Assembly: GCA_963771465.1 (NCBI GenBank)
Contig: CAVYTU010000014.1
Location: forward strand, 608,001 to 672,000
Length of the DNA: 64,000 bases
DNA from: an uncultured delta proteobacterium
GTDB lineage: Bacteria > Desulfobacterota > Binatia > UBA9968
Direction of reading: 5' to 3'
Positions 31,653 to 42,001 of this stretch are shown here, piece by piece. The notes under the pieces were generated by a model that saw nothing but the letters and a program-made list of their open reading frames with translations, had not been told where the DNA came from and made no database searches. The position numbers were made by a program, and so were the translations under genes. The number at the start of each line of letters is the position of its first letter. Positions within the stretch are counted from its first letter, which is position 1.

Positions 31653-32447
31653 TTGCTAAGAATTATTGCCATAGCAAATCAAAAGGGTGGCGTTGGCAAA
31701 ACCACCACGTCGATTAATCTTGCAGCTTCGCTAACGTTAAATTCGCAGCGCGTCCTGTTGGTCGATCTTGATCCTCAGGGCAACAGCACGACCGGGCTCG
31801 GTATTGATCGCTCAAAGTTGGCTGCGAGCCTCTATCATGTGCTTGACGGGACTCGATTTGTCGGCGAAGTTTTGTGCGAGACCGATCTGCCGCAGTTGCT
31901 TTTGATTCCGGCGACCAAAGATTTGGTTGGTGCGGAGGTCGAGCTGGTCAATGCGGATCGCCGCGAGTATCGGCTCAAGGATGCGCTCGCATCGATCACC
32001 GCCCACTACGATTTTGTTTTGCTTGACTGCCCGCCGTCTTTGGGTTTGCTCACGCTGAATGGGCTCACGGCTGCTGATGAGTTACTGATTCCAATTCAAA
32101 GCGAATACTACGCGCTCGAAGGGCTGAGTGCCATCCTGGAAACGATGAATTTGGTGCAGAAGGGCTTGAACCCGGCGCTGCACTTAGAAGGCATCGTCAT
32201 TACCATGTTTGACAGCCGCAATCGTCTCTCGCATCAGGTTGTGGAGGAAATTCGCGCTCACTTTCCCGACAAACTCTTTGACACAATTATTCGCCGCAAC
32301 GTCCGTCTCAGCGAGAGTCCAAGTTATGGCAAACCGATTTGTTTGTATGATCCGGCTTCGACCGGGGCGTTAGATTATCAAGATTTGGCAAAGGAGTTGA
32401 TCACCCGTGGAGAACACGTTGTCAACGCAGAAAAGGGGTTTGGGTAG
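31653..32447 (+). CDS. parA: Chromosome partitioning ATPase ParA/Soj
   Basis: NQKGGVGKTTT, DLDPQGN, DCPPSLG, EYYALEG and RLSESPSYG motifs. A TTG start is inferred (ORF is open from 31632). Confidence 0.95.
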   Translation: MLRIIAIANQKGGVGKTTTSINLAASLTLNSQRVLLVDLDPQGNSTTGLGIDRSKLAASLYHVLDGTRFVGEVLCETDLPQLLLIPATKDLVGAEVELVNADRREYRLKDALASITAHYDFVLLDCPPSLGLLTLNGLTAADELLIPIQSEYYALEGLSAILETMNLVQKGLNPALHLEGIVITMFDSRNRLSHQVVEEIRAHFPDKLFDTIIRRNVRLSESPSYGKPICLYDPASTGALDYQDLAKELITRGEHVVNAEKGFG

Positions 32448-33297
32448 AGGACTCAGCGCTCTGATTCCTACGGCAGAGCCGCTCACTCAAGCGTCACAAG
32501 ATAGTTCACCGAGAGAAGTAGCTGTCGATCGGATTACGCCGAGCCCATTTCAGCCGCGGCGCACTTTCGACGAAGCAAAACTCGAAGAATTGGCAGCGTC
32601 GATCCGCTATCAAGGCATCATTCAGCCGCTGGTCGTGCGGCCGCAAGGCGATGGATTTGAGCTGATCGCCGGCGAGAGGCGTTGGCGCGCAGCGATCCGC
32701 GCCGGTTTGAGCCGAGTGCCCGTAGTGATTCGTAACGCCAGCGACCATGAGGCATTGCAACTGGCGCTGGTGGAGAATCTCCAGCGCGAAGATTTGAACC
32801 CGATCGAAGAAGCGAGCGGTTATCGCCGACTGCAGGAGGAATTTCACTGGAGTCAGGAAGAGATGGCGGATAAGGTTGGCAAGAGCCGGCCGGCGATCGC
32901 CAACTCATTGCGTCTGCTCACGCTTCCTACCGAGGTGCAGCAAGAACTGACCGCAGGAAATCTTCCCGCGGGTCAAGCGCGCGCGCTGTTAGGACTTCAC
33001 ACCGAACCCTTGATTATCTCAGCGTGCCGAGAAGTGATCGCCAAAGGGTTATCAACGCGCGAAACAGAAAAAATGGTTCGTAACCTGCTCATCGGCCGCA
33101 AACGCCGCCGCTCATTGCCGCTCGTCGATCCCGATCTAAAAACGGTAGTCGAAAACTTGCAACGTTCCCTGGGAACGCGCGTGCGGCTGTTGCCAAAGGC
33201 GCGATCGACGAAAGGCAAGATCGAGATTGAATACTACACGCTGGCGGATCTGGAGCGGATCATTCAAGTGATTTCGACACGCTTCGTGAGTGCTTAG
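32419..33297 (+). CDS. parB: Chromosome partitioning protein ParB/Spo0J
   Basis: LGRGLSALI, QPR, GIIQP, IAGERRWRAA and ENLQREDL motifs; HTH GKSRPAIANSLRLL. Confidence 0.95.
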   Translation: MSTQKRGLGRGLSALIPTAEPLTQASQDSSPREVAVDRITPSPFQPRRTFDEAKLEELAASIRYQGIIQPLVVRPQGDGFELIAGERRWRAAIRAGLSRVPVVIRNASDHEALQLALVENLQREDLNPIEEASGYRRLQEEFHWSQEEMADKVGKSRPAIANSLRLLTLPTEVQQELTAGNLPAGQARALLGLHTEPLIISACREVIAKGLSTRETEKMVRNLLIGRKRRRSLPLVDPDLKTVVENLQRSLGTRVRLLPKARSTKGKIEIEYYTLADLERIIQVISTRFVSA

Positions 33298-33342
33298 GAT
33301 TTTTCATTCCCTCAGCGTGAGGCGATTACTCGACGGATGACA

Positions 33343-35400
33343 TTAACTTTTTAACAATGTCTCCAATTCTGCCCAACGGGTCACTGGCGCGGAGCAAGTG
33401 TAGTTGTGGCAGACATAGGCCGTTGGTTTACCATCGATCTGGATCTTACCCTGCAGCAGCGGCGAGATCATTTCTAACGAATCTTGGGGGCCGGCGAGCT
33501 GGAGCGTAAGGTTGGGAAGGTAATGCGAATGGATCGATTGTAAAAGTTGCCGTGTCGCTGGATCGTGCCGCTCACCAATAATGACAACCTCTTTCGGTTT
33601 GGTCAAATAAAAATCCAACGCGCAGAGCAGATGGGCGAAACCAAACGGTTGGCTTTCCATCCCGTCGTAATAAGCGCGCAGCACTTTTTCACCACGCTCG
33701 CGATATTCCTCCCTGCCGGTGAGGTGATGTAAGCGCAGCAGTAACTGTGTCGCGATAGCGTTACCCGATGGGATCGACCCATCGAAGATCGGTTTGGCGC
33801 GACTAATCAATTCCTCATGAGATTTCCCCGTGTAAAAAAAACCGCCGCCGTTGTCGTCCCAAAATTCCCGCAGCATTGTTTCGCATAACTCAATCGCTCG
33901 GTCTAGCAGCGAGCGGTCGAATAACACTTCATAAACATCGAGCAGCCCGACTGCGAGAAAAGCGTAATCATCGAGGTATCCGAGCAGCTTCGCTTGGCCG
34001 TTTTTGTAAGTGTGCAGCAAGAAACCATCGCTAAACAATCTAGTGAAGATGAAATTGATCGTGCGTTGCGTCGCTTCCGTGTATTCATCGCGCGGCGAAA
34101 TCTTCATCGCCGCGGCCAATCCGGACAGCATCAAGCCGTTCCACGCGGTAATGATCTTTTCATCGCGAAACGGCTTGATTCTCTTTTCCCGTGCGCTGAA
34201 CAATTTCTGTTTTGCCGTACGGATTAGCTGTTCGATCTCGGCCGGATCTTTGCCAAAATATTTACCCGCCTGATCGACCGTGAGGATGGGATGAAGAATA
34301 TTTTTCGCTTCGAAATTACCATGCTCGGTGACGTCGTAGATCCGGCCAAAAATCTCGCCGGCATCTTCGCCGATGAGCCGATTGATCTCGTCAGGCGTCC
34401 AGACAAAGAATCGCCCTTCTTCGCCTTCGCTATCGGCGTCCTGAGTCGAGTAAAAACCGCCATCCGACTGCAACATTTCGCGCAGCAAATAGGCGCAAGT
34501 TTCGTCGACCACCGTTTTGAAAAGTGGATTATGGGTTATTTTGAACGCCTCTGCGTAAATGCGCACCAGCTGCGCGTTGTCATAGAGCATCTTCTCAAAA
34601 TGCGGCACGAGCCATTTAGCGTCGACCGAGTAACGATGGAACCCGCCGCCCACATGATCGTAAATACCGCCTTGCGCCATTTTGGTCAGCGTATGGGTGA
34701 CCATTTCCAAATGGCGATCATGGTGCGAGCGATGATAATGGCGCAAAAACAAATCATAGACGCCCGCGTTAGGAAATTTCGGCGCCTGCCCCAGACCGCC
34801 ATTATCGCCGTCGTAGGCGCGAGCGACATTCTCAGCGCCTTCGCTGATGACGTTTGGTAGCAACGTCTTTTCGCTCGGCTGCGCCTCCGACATGCGCTGC
34901 AAAGCGGTCAAGATTTGCGTGACGCTTTTCTCGACATCGACCGGCCGTTCGCGAAACGCTTGATTCACACCCATCAAGACTTTTGGAAAACCCGGCATGC
35001 CGCCACGATCTTCCGGCGGAAAGTAGGTGCCGCCATAAAACGGCTTTCGCTCTGGTGTGAGAAACATGGTCATCGGCCAACCACCGCGTCCGGTCAGCAT
35101 CTGCACCGCGCTCATGTAGATTTCATCCAAATCGGGCCGTTCTTCGCGGTCGACTTTGATGTTGACGAAAAGCTCATTCATCAGCGCGGCGATCTTCTCA
35201 TCCTCAAACGACTCGTGCTCCATGACGTGGCACCAGTGACAGGCGGAGTAACCGATGCTGAGCAGGATCGGCTTATTCTTTGCGCGGGCTTCGGCAAACG
35301 CATCCTCGCCCCAAGGAAACCAGTCCACCGGGTTATGCGCGTGCTGGAGAAGGTACGGACTGGTTTCGTTGATCAGGCGATTGGTATGTTTGTGTTCCAT
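33343..35400 (-). CDS. YyaL/SPATA20-like thioredoxin-domain protein
   Basis: [35 protein letters not shown] and [11 protein letters not shown] motifs. Confidence 0.92.
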   Translation of the reverse strand: MEHKHTNRLINETSPYLLQHAHNPVDWFPWGEDAFAEARAKNKPILLSIGYSACHWCHVMEHESFEDEKIAALMNELFVNIKVDREERPDLDEIYMSAVQMLTGRGGWPMTMFLTPERKPFYGGTYFPPEDRGGMPGFPKVLMGVNQAFRERPVDVEKSVTQILTALQRMSEAQPSEKTLLPNVISEGAENVARAYDGDNGGLGQAPKFPNAGVYDLFLRHYHRSHHDRHLEMVTHTLTKMAQGGIYDHVGGGFHRYSVDAKWLVPHFEKMLYDNAQLVRIYAEAFKITHNPLFKTVVDETCAYLLREMLQSDGGFYSTQDADSEGEEGRFFVWTPDEINRLIGEDAGEIFGRIYDVTEHGNFEAKNILHPILTVDQAGKYFGKDPAEIEQLIRTAKQKLFSAREKRIKPFRDEKIITAWNGLMLSGLAAAMKISPRDEYTEATQRTINFIFTRLFSDGFLLHTYKNGQAKLLGYLDDYAFLAVGLLDVYEVLFDRSLLDRAIELCETMLREFWDDNGGGFFYTGKSHEELISRAKPIFDGSIPSGNAIATQLLLRLHHLTGREEYRERGEKVLRAYYDGMESQPFGFAHLLCALDFYLTKPKEVVIIGERHDPATRQLLQSIHSHYLPNLTLQLAGPQDSLEMISPLLQGKIQIDGKPTAYVCHNYTCSAPVTRWAELETLLKS

Positions 35401-35511
35401 GGGTCAGCCTTTCAGCCCGAGAATAAGACCAAGGTAACACAACCTGTAGGTGGCCCAAACTATGGCGATGAAATTACTGAATCACTCGCAAAAGCCATCG
35501 ATGGTCTCCTG

Positions 35512-35715
35512 TCAGCGAACTTTCAGATCGAAAGCCACCGGCCCTTTGTCACCCTTGCGGGTTTGAAACTGGACGGTGTCGCCTTCGTTTATATCTTCGA
35601 TCTGGCCCCGTGGCGCGAGGCTGCTGCGATGGAAGAATACATCCTCACTGCCGTCATCCGGTTTGATAAAGCCAAAGCCCTTATCCCGTATAATTTTCTT
35701 GATCGTTCCGGTCAT
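35512..35715 (-). CDS. Cold-shock domain protein
   Basis: RNP motifs KGFGFI and DVFFH. Confidence 0.92.
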   Translation of the reverse strand: MTGTIKKIIRDKGFGFIKPDDGSEDVFFHRSSLAPRGQIEDINEGDTVQFQTRKGDKGPVAFDLKVR

Positions 35716-35819
35716 AATTTTCTCGCTCCTGTTAATCTTGCCGATTCAGCCATCCATACTTGACAATCCGTTCCCATCTCCCTAGCGTGTTTACTCGACT
35801 TCATATAACCAAAGCAACC

Positions 35820-36905
35820 TTGAGTTCAATTCTCTATTACATCACCGGTCACGGCTATGGCCACGCGGTGCGCTCGCATCAGGTGATTCGAGCGCTCGCA
35901 AACACACGAGCGGATTTGCGTATTCACGTCCGCACCACGGCGCCTGAATGGTTGTTTTGCAATGTGTCGAAGCCTATTCAGTACAGTCGACAAGCGATCG
36001 ACGCTGGCATCATTCAGAGAGACAGCCTGCGGATGGATCTCAAGGCAACCCTGTCGGAGTGCCAAAACATGTACGATGGTTTCCGGAACCTAATTGATGG
36101 AGAACTTTCCTTCATAAGATCCAACGACATTAATCTGATAATCGGCGATACACCGCCGCTCTGCTTCGAAATTGCCGCTCAGGCCGGGATTCCGTCCGTC
36201 TCGATAACGAACTTTACATGGGATGTAATTTATCGTGCTTACATCGATGAACATCCCGGCTTTCGGCCGCTAGTGGAAAAAATTACTGCATGCTACAGCC
36301 GGGCAACCCTGGCGCTGACACTGCCCTATCCCTGCGACGCCAGTATGTTTCCGCGCCAGCAAGCGATTCCCTGGATCGCCCGCGAGTCTTCATTGAGCAA
36401 AGCTCAAGCGCGACGTCATTTCGACTTGCCAGACAGCGCGACCATCGTATTGCTTAGCTTCGGCGGGTTGGGACTTGGCCGCGTGCCGCTGACGGAGTTA
36501 GTCGAGCAAAGAGAATTCTTTTTCGTCACAACGGGCGTCAACAGAAACCTGGACGGTAATCTGCTGGTCCTGCCCGACACGCAAAGCCAATACGAAGATT
36601 TGGTCCGCGCTGTGGATGTCATCGTCACCAAACCCGGCTACGGCATCGTTGCCGATGTGCTGGCGCATCGTGTGCCAATGCTTTATACCGATCGTGGCAA
36701 TTTTCCCGAATATCCACACTTGGTGCAAGCGTTGAACGACTACGCCACCGCCGATTTCATCCCGCAGGACGAACTGCTTACGGGAAATCTAGCTGTTCAT
36801 CTTCAGCGCGTGCTGCGCAAGGCGCCCAACTGGCCACGAGTGGACCTGAGCGGTGCACCGGTTGCCGCGGCGAAAATTCTCACCATGCTCGATGATTTGA
36901 ATTAG
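35820..36905 (+). CDS. GT-B glycosyltransferase-like protein
   Basis: YYITGHGYGHAVR, SFGG and D.IVTKPGYG motifs. Start is uncertain (ORF is open from 35760). Confidence 0.7.
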   Translation: MSSILYYITGHGYGHAVRSHQVIRALANTRADLRIHVRTTAPEWLFCNVSKPIQYSRQAIDAGIIQRDSLRMDLKATLSECQNMYDGFRNLIDGELSFIRSNDINLIIGDTPPLCFEIAAQAGIPSVSITNFTWDVIYRAYIDEHPGFRPLVEKITACYSRATLALTLPYPCDASMFPRQQAIPWIARESSLSKAQARRHFDLPDSATIVLLSFGGLGLGRVPLTELVEQREFFFVTTGVNRNLDGNLLVLPDTQSQYEDLVRAVDVIVTKPGYGIVADVLAHRVPMLYTDRGNFPEYPHLVQALNDYATADFIPQDELLTGNLAVHLQRVLRKAPNWPRVDLSGAPVAAAKILTMLDDLN

Positions 36906-36994
36906 CTCAAAACCCCGTTTTTCATGGCCCTTTTCACGATTATCACTCCTGGTTGACAGGCTGAATTGATTCCTCCAGACTCTAAATTGAGACC

Positions 36995-37936
36995 ATGTCA
37001 GTGGAAAAAGTCATACTCGCTAAACCACGCGGCTTTTGTGCCGGCGTGGAAATGGCGATCGAGACCGTCGATCGGGCGCTTGAGAAACATGGCGCGCCGC
37101 TCTACGTGTTTCATGAGATTGTGCATAACCAGCACGTGGTCGCGGACTTCCAGCGACGCGGCGTGATATTCGTGAATTCCATTGCCGAAGTGCCGCCACG
37201 TTCCAATGTCATTTTCAGCGCCCACGGAGTGTCACCAGTGATCTGGCAACAGGCTAAAGCGAAACAATTGCAATGGGCGATCGACGCCACTTGCCCACTG
37301 GTCGAAAAAGTTCACCGCGAAGTGCGTAAGTTCGTCGCCCAAGGCTATTGGATTTTGCTCGTCGGTCATCGCGATCATGACGAGATTGTTGGCACCAGCG
37401 GCGAGGCACCGGCGCGCACTTTGGTTGTGGAAAATGTGGCTGAAGCTCAGTCCGTAGTTGTGCCCGAGCCTGACAAAGTTGTCGTCTTGACGCAAACGAC
37501 TCTGAGTGTGGATGACACGCGTGAGATCATCGAAGTTTTGCAAGAAAGATTTCCGCGCATGATCACGCCGGCCAAAGAAGATATCTGCTATGCGACTCAA
37601 AACCGCCAGGACGCAGTCAAACGACTCGCTAAAGAGGTACAGTTGGTTTTAGTGATCGGCTCAAAGAACAGTGAAAATTCCAATCAGTTGGTGAAAGTCG
37701 CCCGCTCGCTCGGCCAGCCGGCTTATCTAATCGACGACCAACGCGGGATCGATCCAGCATGGCTGATCGGCGTTTCCCGGGTGGGAATTACCTCCGGCGC
37801 ATCTGTACCCGATCAGTTGGTTCAAGACGTTGTCGAATTTTTCCAACGCCAAGGTGCTCAAGTCGAGCACGTAGGTATGGTCGAAGAGAACATACATTTC
37901 GCCGTGCCGACTGAAATCGCGTCAGCGGCAAATTAA
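36995..37936 (+). CDS. ispH: 4-hydroxy-3-methylbut-2-enyl diphosphate reductase
   Basis: PRGFCAGV, IVHN, SAHG, DATCPLV, QTTLS, ICYATQNRQ and TSGASVP motifs. Confidence 0.96.
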   Translation: MSVEKVILAKPRGFCAGVEMAIETVDRALEKHGAPLYVFHEIVHNQHVVADFQRRGVIFVNSIAEVPPRSNVIFSAHGVSPVIWQQAKAKQLQWAIDATCPLVEKVHREVRKFVAQGYWILLVGHRDHDEIVGTSGEAPARTLVVENVAEAQSVVVPEPDKVVVLTQTTLSVDDTREIIEVLQERFPRMITPAKEDICYATQNRQDAVKRLAKEVQLVLVIGSKNSENSNQLVKVARSLGQPAYLIDDQRGIDPAWLIGVSRVGITSGASVPDQLVQDVVEFFQRQGAQVEHVGMVEENIHFAVPTEIASAAN

Positions 37937-37952
37937 CTTTTGGGGAGGTTCT

Positions 37953-38339
37953 ATGGCTCGTATCGTTCACATCGCCGTCAAAGTCGATGATTTGGCAAAG
38001 GCAACGGAGTTTTACGAGAAAAGTTTCGGCTTCGTCGAAGTTCAAACCGGCCAAGTGCGCGATCATACTTCGTGCCATTTAACCGACGGTGCCATCGACC
38101 TCGCGCTGATCAAGTATGACAGCGAAGAGTCGGCGGAATCGCGCGCGGCGGGCATCGGCCCGTGCATCCATCACTTCGGTATCGAAGTGGATGATATGAA
38201 AGTGTCGGCGGCTGAGTTGGCTAAATACGGCTGTGAGATTATTAGCGCGCCTGGTGTGATTCCCATCAAGTTCCGCGCTCCCGGTGGCACCGTGGCTGAG
38301 ATCTCGCCCAAAGCGAGATACAAACAGGCGAAGGATTGA
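37953..38339 (+). CDS. VOC/glyoxalase family protein
   Basis: IVHIAVKVDDL..FY..FG and IHHFGIEVDD motifs. Confidence 0.82.
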   Translation: MARIVHIAVKVDDLAKATEFYEKSFGFVEVQTGQVRDHTSCHLTDGAIDLALIKYDSEESAESRAAGIGPCIHHFGIEVDDMKVSAAELAKYGCEIISAPGVIPIKFRAPGGTVAEISPKARYKQAKD

Positions 38340-38361
38340 TCCTCAATCGAAAGGTCACGGT

Positions 38362-38832
38362 ATGTCGCTCCATTGCAAAGCTGAAAACATTCCGAACCGC
38401 CAAGTCGTGCGCACGGGCGAACAAGGCGAAGGTTCCATGATCGTCAAGCGCGCCTACGGCACCGAATGCAGCTTGATGCACGCCGTGCGCGCACCCGGAT
38501 ATCACACGACCCCGCATGCCCATGCGGCCGAGCAGATCAATCATGTGCTCCAGGGCGAGATTTGGTTCTTCGTCGAGAATGATGGGTTTCTTTGCAAAGC
38601 GGGCGACTTCCATCGTGTCCCGTCAAACAAGATTCATTGGGCGTGGAACCGTTCGAACGCTGACGCGATCGTTGTCGAAGCGCACTCCCCGGCGTTGGTC
38701 GCGGGGCCACAGAGCGAAGGCTCGATCGGCCTGTTTAGCGATAATGAGAAACCGGCAGCGAAAAATCCGAGCCAGAATAATTTTGTCTCGTTTGACTGGC
38801 AAAGCGTCGAGCAGAAAATCTTTGGCGGTTAA
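38362..38832 (+). CDS. Cupin domain protein
   Basis: PHAHAAEQINHVLQGE...GDFHRVPSNKIH motif. Confidence 0.8.
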   Translation: MSLHCKAENIPNRQVVRTGEQGEGSMIVKRAYGTECSLMHAVRAPGYHTTPHAHAAEQINHVLQGEIWFFVENDGFLCKAGDFHRVPSNKIHWAWNRSNADAIVVEAHSPALVAGPQSEGSIGLFSDNEKPAAKNPSQNNFVSFDWQSVEQKIFGG

Positions 38833-38967
38833 CAATCGCATTCGATTTGTCCGAGGGCGAGCGATAGCGCGCTGAACTCTTCTGCCCTACCGGGTTCGTT
38901 ACCAATCCGTCCTCTTGTGAAAAAATCTCAGCGGGCGTAATAACGGCAGTCACATCCGGCGCATTCT

Positions 38968-39429
38968 ATGGGTAGCGATAAAAGCAATCTCATCGCCGCA
39001 GCGTGCCTGGCGGCGTTTGGCATCTACGTTGTCTACGTCGGATCAAAGTTGTCCTATGTATCCGAGGTTGGTCCTGGCCCGGGTTTTTTTCCTTTCTGGA
39101 TCGGTATCGGTCTCCTGGTATTTGGCGCTTATCAAATGGTTTTGAGCTATGCGTCGGCGCGGCGCCACTCCGATCCTGTTGCGCCGCTCTGGTCGGGCTC
39201 CGGCAGGGCTCTCGGTGCATGGCTTGGGTTGGCGGTGGCCATCGCTCTGTTTCGCTGGATCGGTTTCGCCCTGAGCTTTGTCTTGCTGACGATTTTTCTG
39301 ATCGTCGTATTGGATCGCCGTCCGTTCGTGCTCGCCGTCGGTATCGGAGCCGGCCTTGCCCTGGCTTTTTATATTGTGTTCGAATTCGCTCTCGGTGTTT
39401 CCCTACCGAAGGGGCCTTGGGGATTTTGA
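38968..39429 (+). CDS. Tripartite tricarboxylate transporter small subunit TctB
   Basis: GPGPGFFP, four TM segments, F...LGVSLP.G. Confidence 0.85.
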   Translation: MGSDKSNLIAAACLAAFGIYVVYVGSKLSYVSEVGPGPGFFPFWIGIGLLVFGAYQMVLSYASARRHSDPVAPLWSGSGRALGAWLGLAVAIALFRWIGFALSFVLLTIFLIVVLDRRPFVLAVGIGAGLALAFYIVFEFALGVSLPKGPWGF

Positions 39430-39451
39430 GTCGAGCTGAAGTCGTTAACCC

Positions 39452-40963
39452 ATGGACGCGTTGAGCAACCTTCTGCTTGGATTCTCCGTCGCCCTGACGC
39501 CGATCAATTTGTTTTGGTGTTTCGTCGGTGTGGTGCTCGGCACCGTCGTCGGCGTGCTTCCTGGTCTAGGACCGGCGGCGACCATCGCCATGCTGCTGCC
39601 GCTCACACTCAAATTGGATCCCACCACTGCGATCATCGCGCTGGCGGGCATCTTTTATGGCGCTCGTTATGGCGGTTCGACGACCTCCATACTGCTTAAC
39701 ATGCCTGGGGAGTCGTCTTCGGTGGCGACTTGTCTCGACGGTTATCAAATGGCGCGCAACGGTCGAGCCGGCGCGGCGCTCGGCATCTCCGCCATCGCTT
39801 CATTTATAGCCGGCACCGTCGGCGTGCTCGGACTGATGCTGATCTCCCCGCCCTTGGCACGTTTCGCTTTGCGTTTCGCGCCGCCGGAATATTTCGCTCT
39901 GATGACGTTGGGTCTGGCGATGGTGGTGTTTCTCGCCGGCGACTCGATGGTTAAAGCGCTGCTCATGTTGCTCGTCGGTCTGTGGATTGCGTCCATCGGC
40001 ACCGATCTTTTTACCGCGGAGTCACGTTTCACTTTCGGCCACGCCAAACTGCTCGGCGGCGTTGATTTTATCGCCGCCACGGTGGGTATTTTCGCGGTCG
40101 CCGAAGTGCTGATCAATCTGGAATCACGCATTGGCGGAGAGATTTTAAAAATACCCAGGGGCATAAAAAATTTGCTGCCGACACTGCAAGACCTCAAAGA
40201 CTGCCGTTTCGCATTTCTCAATGGCTCGGTGATCGGTTTCGTTGTCGGCGCGCTGCCTGGCGCGGGTGCGACAGTTGCGTCGTTTCTTTCCTACGGACTT
40301 GAGAAAGCGGTGTCACGCCATCCGGAAAAGTTTGGCACTGGCGTCGTCGAAGGCGTGGCTGCGCCCGAGGGCGCGAACAACGCCGATGCCGGCGGCGCGC
40401 TGGTTCCTTTGCTGACGCTCGGCATTCCCGGCGGTAACACTACGGCTATTCTTCTCGGCGGTCTCATACTCTGGGGCTATCGACCCGGACCGCTCTTGAT
40501 CCAAGAGCATCCAGAGCTTTTTTGGGGCCTAGTGGCGAGCATGTATGTGGGCAATTTTTTGCTTTTAGTTTTGAACCTTCCGTTGGTACCGTTGTTCGCG
40601 CAGATTTTACGTTTACCCAGTTACATTCTCTATCCGTTCATCCTCGGCATCTCCGTTGTCGGTGTCTATAGTGTGAACAACAGTCTGTTCGATGTTGGGA
40701 TGATGGCACTGTTTGGCCTGCTCGGTTATCTGATGCGTAAGCTCGATTTTCCCGCCGCGGCGCTGATCCTAGGGTTAGTTCTCGGCGACGTGCTTGAACG
40801 GGCGTTGCGCCAGTCGTTGATGATGTCGCAGGGTAGCCTGGCGATTTTGGTTACCCGGCCGATCTCGGCGACCTTGCTGTTCATCGCGTTGGTGTTATTG
40901 TGTCTTCCCGCGATTCGCGGAGTGCGCGCTTGGCGGGTTGAGGCGGTGGAACGCGAAAGTTAA
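39452..40963 (+). CDS. Tripartite tricarboxylate transporter large subunit TctA
   Basis: GVLPGLG, YGGSTTSILLN.PGE, APEGANNA and LTLGIPG motifs. Confidence 0.92.
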   Translation: MDALSNLLLGFSVALTPINLFWCFVGVVLGTVVGVLPGLGPAATIAMLLPLTLKLDPTTAIIALAGIFYGARYGGSTTSILLNMPGESSSVATCLDGYQMARNGRAGAALGISAIASFIAGTVGVLGLMLISPPLARFALRFAPPEYFALMTLGLAMVVFLAGDSMVKALLMLLVGLWIASIGTDLFTAESRFTFGHAKLLGGVDFIAATVGIFAVAEVLINLESRIGGEILKIPRGIKNLLPTLQDLKDCRFAFLNGSVIGFVVGALPGAGATVASFLSYGLEKAVSRHPEKFGTGVVEGVAAPEGANNADAGGALVPLLTLGIPGGNTTAILLGGLILWGYRPGPLLIQEHPELFWGLVASMYVGNFLLLVLNLPLVPLFAQILRLPSYILYPFILGISVVGVYSVNNSLFDVGMMALFGLLGYLMRKLDFPAAALILGLVLGDVLERALRQSLMMSQGSLAILVTRPISATLLFIALVLLCLPAIRGVRAWRVEAVERES

Positions 40964-41007
40964 GCATTTATTTACGGGTTAAATTTTTAGCAAAAGGAGC
41001 GTTGGCA

Positions 41008-41992
41008 ATGAAACGAACTAACTATTCATTACTATTGATCATGGTCGTGATCGGCACACTCGTGTCGAGTCGGGCCTGGAGCCAGGATTTCAAACCCAGC
41101 AAACAGATCGAAACGGTGGTTCACACTGGCGCCGGCGGCGGATCGGATCTATTCGCCCGCGCCATCGCCGAGATGATGCAGAAAGAGAAACTAATTACAG
41201 CAGCGCATGCAGGTCGTCAATAAGCCCGGCGGCGGCCCGGCGGTGGCGATGTCGTATCTCGCCGAAAAAAAAGGCGAGACCCACACGGTCGGTTTTTACA
41301 CCGGCGTTTGGGTGACCAATCCGTTGACCACAGTTGAAGCAACCGTAACCGTGAAAGACTTAACACCGATTGTTCGTTTGGTTTTAGAGCCCGCGGTGAT
41401 CGCGGTCAAAGCCGACTCGCCCTACAAGAACATGAAGGACTTTATCGAGGCGGCGAAGAAAAACCCAAAACAACTGGCACAGTCTGGCGGCACGATTACT
41501 TCGAGGGATAATCTTATGCGCCTGTTGCTGCAAAAGAGCACCGGGGCGCAGTGGAATTTTATTTCGTTCCCAAGCGGCGGCGAGCGACTCGCTTATCTCC
41601 TCGGTGGTCACGGACAAATGATGGTGATCGAACCGCAGGAGGCCGGCGAGCAGATTCGCGCCGGCAATTTGCGGGTTATTGCATCACTGACCGAGAAGCG
41701 ACTGGCCGCTTTGCCCAACGTGCCGACTATCAACGAGCAAGGCATTGACGTTCCGTTGATTCCTCAAGCGCGCGGCATGCTCTTGCCGCCGGCGGCACCG
41801 AAAGAAGTTGTCGCGTATTGGGAAGGCGTGTTCGATGCGTTCGTGAAAACTCCGAGTTGGAAACAGTACGTAGAGCAGAACCAATTCGAAGACTCCTATC
41901 TCAAGGGTCCTGCCCTAAGTAAATTCATCGATGGTTTGACGAATCAAATGCGGGAAGTGCTCAAAGAAGCCGGCGCGAAGGTCGTGCGTTAA
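41008..41992 (+). CDS. Tripartite tricarboxylate transporter binding protein TctC (+1 frameshift near 41200)
   Basis: Signal peptide and GAGGGSD.FAR in 41002..41223; VNKPGGG onward in 41207..41992. One extra base in ACA-G-CAG. Confidence 0.85.
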
Positions 41993-42001
41993 ATTCCGTC
42001 T

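Noticed and set aside
31560-31660. AT-rich tract as a replication origin unwinding element
   Set aside because: No DnaA boxes are visible nearby. It is adequately explained as the parA promoter region.
34915-35763. 282 aa ORF antisense to yyaL and the cold-shock gene
   Set aside because: The opposite strand carries two well-supported genes, and this ORF has no motif or RBS.
41185-41225. Split tctC as two genes or a programmed frameshift
   Set aside because: A single extra base restores a normal TctC and there is no slippery site. It shows the same +1 pattern as atpA and position ~500, so sequencing error is more likely.
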